A stretch of 63,999 nucleotides of DNA, counting the filler, from Catajapyx aquilonaris (lineage: Eukaryota): the NCBI GenBank assembly GCA_000934665.2. It is 4 parts of 4 records of this genome, joined end to end, with 100 filler letters (N's around TTAATTAATTAA, not from the genome) between each part and the next. Parts side by side here need not be neighbours in the genome. Positions count along the whole stretch, not along the records: positions 32,335 to 48,365 come from JYFJ02007315.1; positions 48,466 to 63,999 come from JYFJ02007465.1; 2 more parts are not named here. One strand, 5' to 3'. The notes beneath the pieces are model-generated. The model saw only the letters and a list, made by a program, of their open reading frames with translations. It had not been told where the DNA came from and did not search any database. Each line of letters opens with the position of its first letter. The stretch's first letter is position 1. The position numbers were made by a program, and so were the translations under genes. Below are positions 36,581-48,605 of the stretch, piece by piece.

Positions 36581-39500
36581 ATGAATGCACCATTGTTACT
36601 TCTCTTCATGAGCATTGTTGCTCGTTTGATGTGCGCTCCGCAATCATCCAGAGAGAGTGAGGTAAGTCATTCATTCATATGTTATGAATGGACACTTGTG
36701 CTTTGTACAGTAGTCAAATGTTTTTAAGGATAATTATCTGAACATGTTTATTTCTTGGAAATGTTTCAGGAAGTAAGCGAGCTGGATAATCTTGACTTCT
36801 TGCTAACACCTGACGACTACTTAAGAGCACAGGAATTTCGTAAGATAAATAAATCTAACTGAATATATATATATGATTTTTGAGCACTATCATATAGGCC
36901 TCAAAACTAATAATTAATTATAATAATAATCCATGCACCAATAATTACAGTAAAATCCGGAAATGCCACGAACACACCACGCAACATGCAGTCGGACGTA
37001 GATCTCATTGGCAATGATATTATTGAAGACGAAGTAAGTATGTTCCTGGGAAATAATTAATAATGAGCTCTATTTTTCCCCCCTTACTATACATGTATTA
37101 TTATGGTGATGTCCCCTGCAGCTACAAAGAGATGGTAACGTTTGTAAGACGTACCAAGAATGGCTTTAATTAACATTAATTTTTCAGCCTTTCGATTTGT
37201 GTCAATTGTAAGACATGTACATTTTCTGCTTCAGAACTACCGGGCCTTTGTCTTTCCTGATCCGGGTCTGAGGAAACCTTATAAAGAGTACCTGTGGAAG
37301 AACGGAGTTGTTCCGTACAAAATTGAAGGCAACTTCAGTAAGTGTCATTACTGCGCCGTTTCCTTGTTACTCGAACAGTATTATTTGCTACGTAGATTAT
37401 GGCCAACGTATGCAGTTGTGTCTGGCTATCGAAATACTCGCTGAAAAAACCTGCGTAAGATGGATGCCTTGGACAAACGAGAAAAACTATGTGAGAATTA
37501 TGGGAGGAAAAGGGTATGTGTGACAATGATGATGGCGGGTTTATGCTATTATCTAATCATATTTTGCACTTCAGATGTTCAAGTACCTTGGGTCGTATAG
37601 GCGGTGGTCAAATGTTGCGACTAGGACCAGAATGCTTCGAACGTGTGGGAGCAATAGTACACGAAATGATGCATTCACTTGGATTTATCCACGAGCAAAG
37701 TAGACCCGACCGAGATCAGTTCATTGAAGTACAGTGGGACAACATTGAAGAAAGTGAGCCATCTAGTCAGATGCTATAATAATACTTGTACAATGAAACA
37801 TTCTTCAAAAGGATATGTTCAGCATTGCAACGATTATAATTACGTCCTGAACAGTTGGTTTTCGCAATATACAGGAAGGTGCAAAATGTGCTAATTTTTT
37901 CGGACAATTAAGAGGAACAAATTGTCACATGTTGCAATTGAATGTAAAGTTTATTTCTAATTATTGCATAATTTTTCCATGCATATATTTTAGACGCCAA
38001 GTCCCAATACAGGGTTTGCCAGTTATGTGACACTATGGGGATCCCGTACAATCCAGGTATACAATCCATGCAATGTGTCTGATTGCAAGTAACTAGGCTT
38101 ACATTTTTACACTTAATTTTTAAAGGATCAATAATGCATTACCAGGACGGATTCTTTGCAAAAGACTTGTCGAAACCGACCATGAAATGGGTTGGACCCG
38201 GTTTTTTTATGATTCTGGGTAACCCTTTATTCGATGTGACAAAGGTAGGTTTTAGGTAAACACAATCCTTTTTCATCAGATAGGTACGTACACTACTGTA
38301 AATTAAAAATGACCGAGCACAAGAGATTTCAGTGGGCTTTTGTTACCATAATTTTTAACTTTCCCCGTTCAACACTTAGAGGACATTATAGGGGTCAGAG
38401 CGGTCAATGGAGGCGATACACCTGGTGGGCTTTGTCCGCGCGGTGATTCATCACCAACTACGACATGCTCCACCAGGCGGCGATACTTGTGCTCGACCAT
38501 TACTTTCTAGTAGTGTATACACTCTTTGAATCCATCCAGTAACTGGCGATGAAATATGTACATTCAATATCCCTAACTCTTTCAGCTCGATATTAAAAAT
38601 ATTAGGAGAGCCTACGAATGTGATCGTATGAGTCACGATAAAAATGGTAAGCCTAACACTTAACATTTTTTTGCACATTTTGTGTAGCTGTAGTAGACGT
38701 GAAATTATAACGAAAGACCGTAAGTACAGTGACCCAACATTGGAGATGACGTCACAAAGTCTACAAAAGTTTCAATCAAAGTGTGGCTCTGAAGTTATCA
38801 AATTAAAATGACGTGCTTTGTCCTAACATTTGCATACGTGTACTTTCAGCGGTTGTAGAATGTCCAGACCTAAAAGACGATTGCGACATGATAAAAGCCA
38901 GAGGAGATTGCGACAAGGAGAAGGCTTATGCCCTGGCATATTGTCGCAAGACATGCGGACGGTGCGGTAAGACCCATACGTGTAATAATTCGTTTTAATA
39001 TTGCTTATCATTGTAAGAGGAGTCATGTTCTCCAGGCATTTGCGAGGATGCGAACAAAGATAGTTGCTCGAGCTGGGTGAAGAGTGGTATGTGCAACAAA
39101 AAAATTATGCTCGAGTACATGACGCTTTTCTGCGCCAAGACCTGCAAGACCTGCATTACCAGCGACCAAAAATGTGAGATATCATCAGGAAGCCACTGTA
39201 ATTGTTGAGATTAAGGACGAACAATTAATATTTGTATAAATCCAAGTGTTTTTCACCAAAATGCCAAAGGTCAGGTTTCTATCGACCTGTTGAAGTAACG
39301 ATAATGATGATTGTTACAGCCAAGTGTTATGACGTTCATCCTAATTGCCAGAAGTGGGCATCTGGAAACCAATGCATCGAAAACTATCCGTACATGTCCC
39401 AATACTGCGCAAAATCCTGCGGGACATGCAAATATCCGGAAGAAGGTATAGCTACGTACTGTACCTGTATTCAATTTGTCTTCGGGAGGTTGTAATGTCC

Positions 39501-39909
39501 CTATATTAAGATTGACACCAGAAAGCACCACCACTCTTGGGAGCCATAATAAATTTTTTTCCTAACTCAAATTCTGTCATGGTGACCGTTATGCACTTCA
39601 AGTATATTCATACAGTGATACGATACAACTTATGCTAGCTGATTTTTTAAAAATTGAATTATTTTCAAGCCTCTTCTCTCTCATTAGTAAAAAAATTAAG
39701 ATTGGTGTTGTCTCCTTATATTGGAAATTTAGCACTTTTTTATTTAACGGCCTAAGTTTACTGTATTTTAATTAATAATGTATCAGACAATACAAAAATA
39801 TTATGTTTTGTGGATGTTTTCAGCGCCAGACGATCCGGTGTGGGATGATGCTGTGCAGGCCATTCTGAGGTGCATTGAGGGTGTACTGGAATCTATAATG
39901 GATGATTAA
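36581..39909 (+). CDS. Astacin-family (M12A) zinc metalloprotease with three C-terminal ShK domains
   Basis: Exons: 36581-36661 (signal peptide), 36770-36839, 36951-37033, 37235-37337 (LWKNGVVPY), 37396-37513 (TCVRW), 37575-37753 (HEMMHSLGFIHEQSRPDRD), 37994-38056, 38126-~38248 (Met-turn SIMHY), ~38380-38424, 38850-38966, 39036-39173, 39320-39445 (the last three each a 6-Cys ShK ending C..TC..C or C..SC..C), 39824-39909 (TAA, followed by AATAAA ~39919). Confidence 0.9.
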
Positions 39910-40517
39910 GTCATTTTTAATAAAAATGTAAAGCAGAAACGTTGTGTGTATTGCGTTCCTGGCCTACCTAATCCACTTCCAGATTACTGCGAGTGATTAA
40001 AATTAGCACACTGCACTAGCGTGACATGCAATACAACAATCGGGGTTAATGACCATTAATTTTGTCTGATTTTCTGACCTCGGGGCAATCAAAAAACAAA
40101 AATCCTCGAAATAGAGCCGGGGTCTTTCCGAATCAAGTGGGCCGAAAAAATGTTGTTAAACCATCTCGGATTTGGCTTAGAAAAATCATAGCTGTATGCA
40201 TATACTTATGCCATAACGCTACATACGTCGTATAAAGTTTCATCTATATTTAGCCAAACAGTGGGATGGGGTAAATTCTCAAAACTTTGATAATGGCCAA
40301 AAAACGAGGCATTTTTGGATATTTTTTTTCAATTAGTGGAAGTGGAAGTGAATCACGAGACGCCGGAATGCGAGCGTTTTCCTCGAAAATGTAACCAGAA
40401 AAACCTGTGTGGCATTCCATCGGTCACATGCCCAGTACACATCCAACCTATTGTAACAAAATTCTATTACACAACATATGGATTGAACATACTTTATTGC
40501 ACCATTATGACACGAAT

Positions 40518-41831
40518 TCACGAATCATCCATAAAAATCCAGCCTGGAATTTTAGCCTCCTTGGCCCGATTTGGTATTACGCCTAGGTGAGGTCCATCGC
40601 AACGAGGCTCAGCCATGACAGCCATTCCTCCTGCCAAATAAGCACACCAGAAGCTGAAAGTTCCGACTGTAACGATCGAATGATTGCAGGCAGAGAGTGT
40701 GGCCATGTCCAACTCGCTGTTGTCAGTTCGTCCGACCCAAACACTGTCCTTTGAGTTGGGTTCGACGACATGTCTTTTGGCCCATTCCTCATCGTCGCTG
40801 CAGACCACAAACAGAGGATTGAGCAGCATTGCTCGCATGTAGTCCATGGCTTTGCGAAAGTAATTGTCGCCAATTGGTTTGCATCGGAGGATATCGTGCA
40901 TGTGTTTAACGTAGTCAGTTCGACGTATGTGCAAGCCTACGAACGTACCGTTGTGCTTCAAGCTGTGGAGAGTTGTCTGAGCACCAGAAGACAAGTCTGA
41001 CCTGTGAAAATATTAGATACAATAATTTTCGTCCCACTGCTAGTTGTTGCTAACTGAGCAGTACCATTGCCAACACTGCTATTGCTAAGTTAGCAGTAAC
41101 TAGCAGTGGGACGAAAATTCCGGGCAGAGATAATTCCTCATTGGAGTTGGTTATTACCTGAACTTAAACTCCTTCAGTATGTCGCTACGGTAGGGTTGAA
41201 ACGATGAAATATTAAAAGGCCATAAAGATATCTGAACTCCTTTTCTCTTCACTTCCTTCACATAATATTCTGATCGATCAAAAAACGTTCCGATTCCGAC
41301 TGATGTCATATGATCTTTACACGCCTTGGTCACAGGCAGGGTCAACCCTGGGAAGAAGTGATGTAAGGTGCGGTTCATTTCCAACTGAACAGCTGCGCCG
41401 GGTATGGAGAACGTCTTGGCCACGGACCACAGAATCGCATAGAACATCATCCTATTTCCTAAGCGACCTCCCACCATTATGGACAATACTCCAGCAGTTG
41501 GTTCATTCGGATTGCACTTATAATCCCGTTGTGGTGATGTCACCACCATGGTTGTCCTCAAGGGGGTAATCACTTCGGTACTCCGGTGTACACCTGCAGT
41601 GGTACTCTTCGGTACTCCTCGGTACTCCTCGGTACTCCTTGGTACTCCTTGGTACCCCTTGAAATTGGTACTCCGGTGTACACTTTTCAGTCGAGTGATT
41701 ACCCCCTTGGTTGTCCTATTCGGGGAATACCACATTGATAGTAGAACACAGTTGATGCCAAGGAAGAGTAGGGCCAATGATGCACGGAAGTATTTTCGGT
41801 TCATTGGTAGGTCATGGAGACGCGGCAGCAT
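40518..41831 (-). CDS. GT11 alpha-1,2-fucosyltransferase-like protein, copy C (MITE-derived stem insertion)
   Basis: Exons 41831 (or ATG 41804)-41158 and 41001-40518. GGRLGNRM, HIRRTDY, FVVCSDD, CNHSIVTVGTFSFW. Confidence 0.9.
41024..41119. mobile_element. Palindromic mini-MITE in the GT11 copy C intron (second copy 45332-45427 in copy D)
   Basis: AATTTTCGTCCCACTGCTAGTT...AACTAGCAGTGGGACGAAAATT inverted ends; absent from the short introns of copies A and B. Confidence 0.75.
41559..41709. mobile_element. 151-bp hAT-type MITE inserted in-frame in exon 1 of GT11 copy C
   Basis: Perfect 16-bp TIRs CAAGGGGGTAATCACT...AGTGATTACCCCCTTG; 8-bp TSD GTTGTCCT at 41551-41558 and 41710-41717; internal GGTACTCCT repeats; the paralogous site in copy D is empty. 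Confidence 0.9.
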
Positions 41832-43379
41832 TTCCTATATAAATAATGAGACACACGTTTCTAGAGAAATAAATGCAGCCTGAATTATGACACATAAAAT
41901 AGTCAAGATAAACTGTAATCTAATACAAAATAATAATTTAAACAACTTGTAAAATTACAAACATCGAGATAGCAGCATATATGCGCAATCAGCAGAACTC
42001 GGCAAGACACATTTCAATCATTAACAATAAAAAATAATAGACTTACTATTTATAATTTATATAATAATTATAGGATAAGTTAATGTACTTAACATCGATC
42101 CAAACATAGGGTTATGCGAACAGACCGAAACCACTCTGGCGCATACGCGAAAAAAGCGATTTCCCAACAGTTTAACTCTTTCTGAAATACAGTTGGTGAC
42201 TTTTTTTAAATTCATTTTTAAACGGAAGAGGAGCCTGGACCGGACGATAATACGTTGCCTCGTGGAGGTAACCCTACATGACCTTGACTTGTTCATATGT
42301 GTTGAACAACTGCAACATATGTGTGTACTGTGCAGTGCATGTATCGAATAATTACACCTGCATAAAAATTTCTATGTGCATTTGACGTTCCCTGTTACAA
42401 AATTGAGTTCATATGCTCTAAATACAATGCACATTTTGAGGGAAAAAACCAAACCTGGAATATCATCAGAAATATATTATCCAAATTACCGAATATGCCA
42501 ACTCAAATGAAGAATATTATCCAACCAGTTCACATTGTCATAATGACTATTAATTATAAAGATTCCTGGAGGAATTTATGGAGTGCGGGGTATTCCATTG
42601 TCCTTCATATCTGGCCGGAGGTGTGTTTCAAACACTAATTATTCATACATACATACATACATTTCTTTCACGGCATTGTCCCAAAGATGGGGTAGCCAGC
42701 GATGACTTGGTGTACAACACCTTGTCATCTCTTTTGACCGAATATGACAATCCTAAGGTGTCAGGTCAGGTACACGCAAAAGAATATAATGATGGGTTTG
42801 ATGATGAGGAAAGATGATATGAACACGACATATTATCCACTCTATACGTACATCCTTGTAAATAAATATTATATAAAAACAATGTAAGCAACTTACTGGT
42901 CCAGGGGTGCTTGTTGATGGCTCACGTCCAGCCGACAGGATACCACCAGGATGGAATACACGAAGACGTCTGATACAACCACTTCAGACCAGAGCTTGTT
43001 CCAAAATGAATTGCTTCAATTATTTCAATTATAATAAATATTTTCAATTATTCGATAGGAGGAATTAGTTGAAAGTGGATTGAAGTGGATCAAAGGCAAT
43101 CAACACAAGAGAATGAATATGATATTGATTAGCAATATTTTATCTGAATAACTGTAGGTTATTCACACAATAAATTTAGTACTACTGAGGGAACTCTGGA
43201 AATTTAAGTAGTATTTACGTCCTGAAACCCCAATCCTGCTACATTAGTCAACTTGACTCTTCTGGATACAACTTTTTGTCAGTGGAAAAATCGGTAAATG
43301 TGAAGTGGAAGATGGCTATGTTTAAATGAAAGTGTCCAAATATTTCTAGCATGTACGTTATTTGCCATACAAAGAACTT

Positions 43380-43900
43380 ACCTGAATCGAAATGCTTTCA
43401 GAATTTCACTCCTGTACGATTTTAAAAAAGTCAGTGTCCACGGTATATGTGCCACAGAAATATTGAAAATATTGCCAGTGATACACCAAAATCTGTCTTC
43501 GTCCTAACCTAATAAACGGCATAGTGTTTCTCACAAGCCTTGAAATAATTAATCAGTACTCATACCGCCAGTTTTTAAAGCCCAATAATGTAATTACCGG
43601 TACTTTTCATACAATTTTGCTCACCTAATTGTGCTGACGGCTAACCTGGATCTGCCTTCTCTGAAGATAGAAAGAACACTGTATATTTTGCGATCAATTC
43701 ATATGTTAATATCAACACGTCTATAGCGCATTTTCATCTGGTGCCTCCTTGGGTGCCTCTTACTATAATAATAGGTATAGTTCCAAGCGCATCTGCTACT
43801 GCATTATTTTACATAACTGTATAGATCAGCCAGCTTGCAGAACTCAATCTTGATGGTCACACCATAAGGAATGATAGAGATATTAGGAAGAATATTTATG
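43380..43900 (-). pseudogene. Degenerate GT11 exon-1 remnant
   Basis: Minus strand reads ...FLKSYRSEILKAFRF(R) followed by a gtaagt donor, homologous to FQPYRSDILKEFKFR at the end of exon 1 in the intact copies. Upstream sequence is disrupted; upper boundary approximate. Confidence 0.6.
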
Positions 43901-44828
43901 GAAGTAAATCAATAATACTGTATATATCCGATGGTGTTACATTTGCGACAATGTGACAGTTACAGATGAAAAGTAAAATAAACTTACTTATGTGATAGTG
44001 TGGACATATCAAGGTTCGAACAGAGCTAGTGGATTGTCCTGACAGTCATTCTTACAAAGTTAATGATAAAAACGTACGTATTGTAATTACCAAGCGTGTC
44101 AAGTACGGTTTAATTTATCCTGGACTTTGTTTACACCAATTACATCCATGAGAAAACGATGAATATGAAAGTAATCTCACTTCATCACAAAGTCATCACC
44201 AGCAATATACAGTAAAATTGAAAGTTTGTCGGCTTGATCCAGTGCCATATATTTCATCATTTGAACTTTCAGGGCGGATGGCAAATGAGGATGAAGTACA
44301 CTTAATTAGCGCACATTAGCTCAAAATAAATGAGGCATATCGCGGTGTAATGACACAGTTGATAGAATCTTTTCATCGAAGGTTTTCTGCAAAAAAAATA
44401 TTGTGTATAGGCCTATCCTATTTTAGAAACTTTCCTTCAGTGAAAAAATATCATGCAGTGAATGACATTTCCTTATTTAATATTTTAAATATTTAATAGA
44501 AGGTGTCCCCCAACCGGATCCACCTGTCACACGAGCGGCAATAAGACACATAATTATGGCAATAAGTCGTAATGGAGGCATTAAACTTTAGTGCAGTTAC
44601 ATATTTTGCTTATACATTTTCTATGCAGAGCAATGCATCAGTGCGCAGGCATATTTGTTGAAAGATTGTGGTTAACATGCCAGTGTTACCAGGCTAAAAA
44701 GAGAAGGCGGGATGATGCGTGGGATGTGGAGAAGTAACACGAACTCGTCCACATTTGATGACCTATTGTAACAAAAAGCTATTACACAATGGCATGAACA
44801 TACTTTATTGCACCATTATGACCCGAAA

Positions 44829-46313
44829 TCAAGAATCATCCATAAAAATCCAGCCAGGAATTTTGGCCGCCTTGGCCTCAGCTGTTATTAGGTGAGGTCT
44901 ATGGCACTCAGCAGGATCTGCCACGACAGCCATTCCTCCTGCCAAATAAGCACAGCAGAAGCCGAAACTTCCGACTGAAATGATCGAATGATTGCAGGCA
45001 GCGAGTGTGGCCATGTCCAGCTCGCGGTTGTCAGTTCTTCCGACCCAAACAGTGTCCTTTGAGTTGGGTTCGACGACATGTCTTTTGGCCCATTCCTCAT
45101 CGTCGCTGCAGACCACAAACAGAGGATTGAGCAGCATTGCTCGCATGTAGTCCATGGCTTTGCGAAAGTAATTGTCGCCAATTGGTTTGCATCCGAAGAT
45201 ATTGTGCATGTGTTTAATGTAGTCCGTTCGACGTATGTGCAAGCCTACGAACGTACCATTGTGCTTCAAGCTGTGGAGAGTTGTCTGAGCACCAGAAGAC
45301 AAGTCTGACCTGTGAAAATATTAGATACAATAATTTTCGTCCCACTGCTAGTTGTTGCTAACTGAGCAGTACCATTGCCAACACTGCTATTGCTAAGTTA
45401 GCAGTAACTAGCAGTGGGACGAAAATTCCAGCCAGAGATAATTCTTCATTGCAGTTGGTTATTACCTGAATTTAAACTCCTTCAGTATGTCGCTACGATA
45501 GGGTTGAAACGATGAAACACTAAAAGGCCAGAGGTCTATTTCAACTCCTTTCCTCTCCACTTCCTTCACATATTCTTCGGACCGATTAAGAAACTTTCCG
45601 ATGTCGACGGATGTCAGATGTTCTTTACACGCCCTGGTCACAGGCAGGGTCAACTCTGGGAAGAAGCGATGTAAAGTGCGCTTCATTTCCAAATGAACAG
45701 CTGCGCCAGGTATGGAGAACGTCTTGGCCACGGACCACAGAACCGCATAGTACATAATCATATTTCCTAAGCGGCCATCCGCCATTATGGACAATACTCC
45801 AGCAGTTGGTTCATTCGGATTGCACTTATAATCCCGTCGTTGTGGTGAATCAGGCCGTTGTGGTGAATCCCGCCGTTGTGGTGAATCCCGCCGCTGGCGC
45901 TGTGGTGAATCCCGCCGGTGTGGTGAATCCCGCCGTTGTGGTGAATCCCTCCGGTGTGGTGAATCCCGCCGTTGTGGTGAATCACGCCGCTGTGGTGAAT
46001 CCCGCCGCTTTGGTGAATCCCGCCGGTGTGGTGAATCCCGCCGCTGTGGTGAATCCCGCCGNTGTGGTGAATCAGGCCGGTGTGGTGAATCAGGCCGTTG
46101 TGTTGAATCAGGCCGTTGTGTTGAATCAGGCCGTTGTGGTGAATCAGGCCGTTGTGGTGAATCAGGCCGTTGTGGTGATGTGATCACCATGGTTGTCCTA
46201 TTCGGGGAATTCCACATTGATAGTAGAACACAGTTGATGGCAACGAAGATTAGGGCCAATGATGCGCGGAAGTATTTTCGGTTCATTGGTAGATCATGGA
46301 GACGCGGCAGCAT
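44829..46313 (-). CDS. GT11 alpha-1,2-fucosyltransferase-like protein, copy D (minisatellite stem)
   Basis: Exons 46313-45466 and 45309-44829. DGRLGNMI, HIRRTDY, FVVCSDD, CNHSIISVGSFGF. Very similar to copy C, including the intron. Confidence 0.9.
45832..46180. repeat. Coding 18-nt minisatellite, ~19 units, encoding (P/R)DSP(Q/H)R
   Basis: Unit TGTGGTGAATC(CC/AG)GCCG(T/G/C) on the + strand, in frame in the copy D stem. Confidence 0.95.
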
Positions 46314-47159
46314 TACCTATATAAATAATGAAACACACGTTTCTAGAGAAATAAATGCAGCCTGAATAATTATGACATAAAATAGTCGAGATAAACAACT
46401 GTAATGTAATATAAAATAATCATAAGCAACTTGTAAAATCACAAACATCGACATCGAAGCGAAAAAAGCGATGCGTCTCTTCCCGACAGTTTGACTCTCT
46501 CTGAAATACAGTTGGTGACCCTTTAAATATTAATTTTTAAACGAAAGAGGACGTTGGACCGGAGGATAATATACGTTGCCTCGTGTCGACTGGAGGTAAC
46601 CCTACATGACATTGACTTGTTCATATTTGTTGAACAGCTGCTACATATTATGTGTGTACTGTGCAGTGCCTAAGTATCGAATGATTACACCCGTATAAAA
46701 ATTTCAAACCGACAGGATACCACCAGGATGGAATACACGAAGACGTCTCCCCTCATACAACCACTTCATACCATAGCTTGTTCCAAAATGAATATTGCTT
46801 TAATTATTTCAATTATAATAAATATTTCCAATTATTCAATATGCGGAATTAGTTGAAAGTGGATTGAAGTGGATCAAAGGCAATCAACACAAGAGAATGA
46901 ATATGATATATTTATTAGCAATATTTCATCTGAATAACGGTAATGATTCACACAATAAATTTAGTACTACTGAGGGAACTCTGGAAATTTAAGTAGTATT
47001 TACGTCCTGAAACCCCAATCCTGCTACATTAGTCAACTTGACTCTTCTGGATACAACTTTTTGTCAGTGGAAAAATCGGTAAATGTGAAGTGGAAGATGG
47101 CTATGTTTAAATGAAAGTGTCCAAATATTTCTAGCATGTACGTTATTTGCCATACAAAG

Positions 47160-47340
47160 AACTTACCTGAATCGAAATGCTTTTAGAATTTCACTCCTGT
47201 ACGATTAAAAAAAAGTCAGTGTCCACGGTATAGTTTATGTGCCACAGAAATATTGAAAATCTTGCCAGTGATACACCAAAATTAGTCCTCCTCACAACCA
47301 CATAATAAGCTGCATAGTGTTTCTCACAAGCTTTTAAATT
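47160..47340 (-). pseudogene. Duplicate of the GT11 exon-1 remnant
   Basis: Near-identical to 43380-43540 (YRSEILKAFRF followed by a donor), within the duplicated unit. Confidence 0.55.
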
Positions 47341-48365
47341 AATACTGTAGTGCCCCAGACATGATCGTAAGGGACACCACGAAGAATTAAGTCACTGGAC
47401 AGCTTTTAAGGTGTATATTCTTCACACAGATACGCTGATAGACGTCTGATCTCTACAATAGTCACTCAACGAATCCACGTTCCAAACAGTCCAACATCTG
47501 TAAACACTCCTGACAACAATATAGTAGGCCCTACTGTTGCCAGGACTCGACTGAAAATGCATTGATAGCCCGTCGTAAGGCCCTGCCTGCACTTCGAGTT
47601 ATGGAGATCTTCGAGTTAGGGAAGTTTATTCCCTATTATTTTACATTGTGACCAACCAAGCTCATCATTTTCTTCGACTTATAGAAGTTTTACTGTACTG
47701 TTTAATATTTATCCTTGACTTTTTTTTACACCAATAATTACATCCATGAGAAAAAGATGAATATGAAAATAATCTCGCTTCATCACAGTCATCATCAGCA
47801 ATCTACGGTAAAATGGAAAGTTTGTTGGTTTGATTCAGTGCTATAAATTCCATCCTTGGAACTTTCATGGCGAATGGCAAATGAGGATAAAGTACCTTTA
47901 ATTAGCGCACATTAATTCAAAATATATGAGTCGTATCGTGTAATGACACAGTTGATATAATCTTCTCATCAAAGGTTTTCTGCAGAAAAATATTGTCTCC
48001 TACCAGAAGCTAATCCTGCAGTGAATACCTTCCAACATTTCCTTATTCAATATTTTAAATATTTAATAGAAGGTGTGACCCAACTGGATCCAACCTGTCA
48101 CACAATTGCAATAAATCGTAATGGGGGCATTCAACTTCAGTGCATTTACATCTCCTTAGATTTTTATGGAGAGCAATGCAGCAGTGCGCAGGCATATTTG
48201 TTTAAAGATTGTGCTTAACATGTCAAGTGTTACCAGGCTAAAAAGAGAAGGATAGAGGATGCGTTGCATGTGGAGATGCAACACGAACACGTCCACATTT
48301 GATGACTATTGTGACAAAAAGCTACTTCACAACATATATGGCATGAACATACTTTATTGCACTAT

Positions 48366-48465
48366 NNNNNNNNNNNNNNNNNNNNNNNNNNNNNNNNNNN
48401 NNNNNNNNNTTAATTAATTAANNNNNNNNNNNNNNNNNNNNNNNNNNNNNNNNNNNNNNNNNNNN
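48366..48465. other. Artificial contig-join spacer
   Basis: 44 N + TTAATTAATTAA + 44 N. Confidence 0.95.
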
Positions 48466-48605
48466 ATTCTCGCATACGAGGAGCCAACTGCGCATGCCCA
48501 GATACGAGGAAAGGGGATTAAAGTTGAAAATTTTCAACTTTAATCCCCTTTCCTCGTATCTGGGCATGCGCAGTTGGCTCCTCGCGGCTCCTCGTATGCG
48601 AGAAT
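48466..48605. repeat. Spacerless palindrome at contig start
   Basis: Centred on GTTGAAAA|TTTTCAAC; ~65-bp arms with a 10-nt duplication in the right arm. Confidence 0.85.

Larger units (their letters stand above)
40447..48365. repeat. Tandem segmental duplication of the GT11 unit (units ~4.3 and ~3.5 kb; a further unit starts at the contig end)
   Basis: 41840-44820 aligns in blocks with 46320-48365 (e.g. ccgacaggataccaccaggatggaatacacgaagacgtc at ~42932 and ~46709). The GT11 3' flank recurs at ~40490, ~44800 and ~48350. Confidence 0.85.

Noticed and set aside
45832..46180. CRISPR-like array, or the His-rich (GGIHH)n and Val-rich alternative ORFs
   Set aside because: No spacers; it is an 18-nt coding minisatellite, and the other ORFs are alternative frames of it.
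740..48365. A functional cluster linking CATSPERE, ATP7 and the GT11/astacin genes
   Set aside because: They are on different, artificially concatenated contigs.
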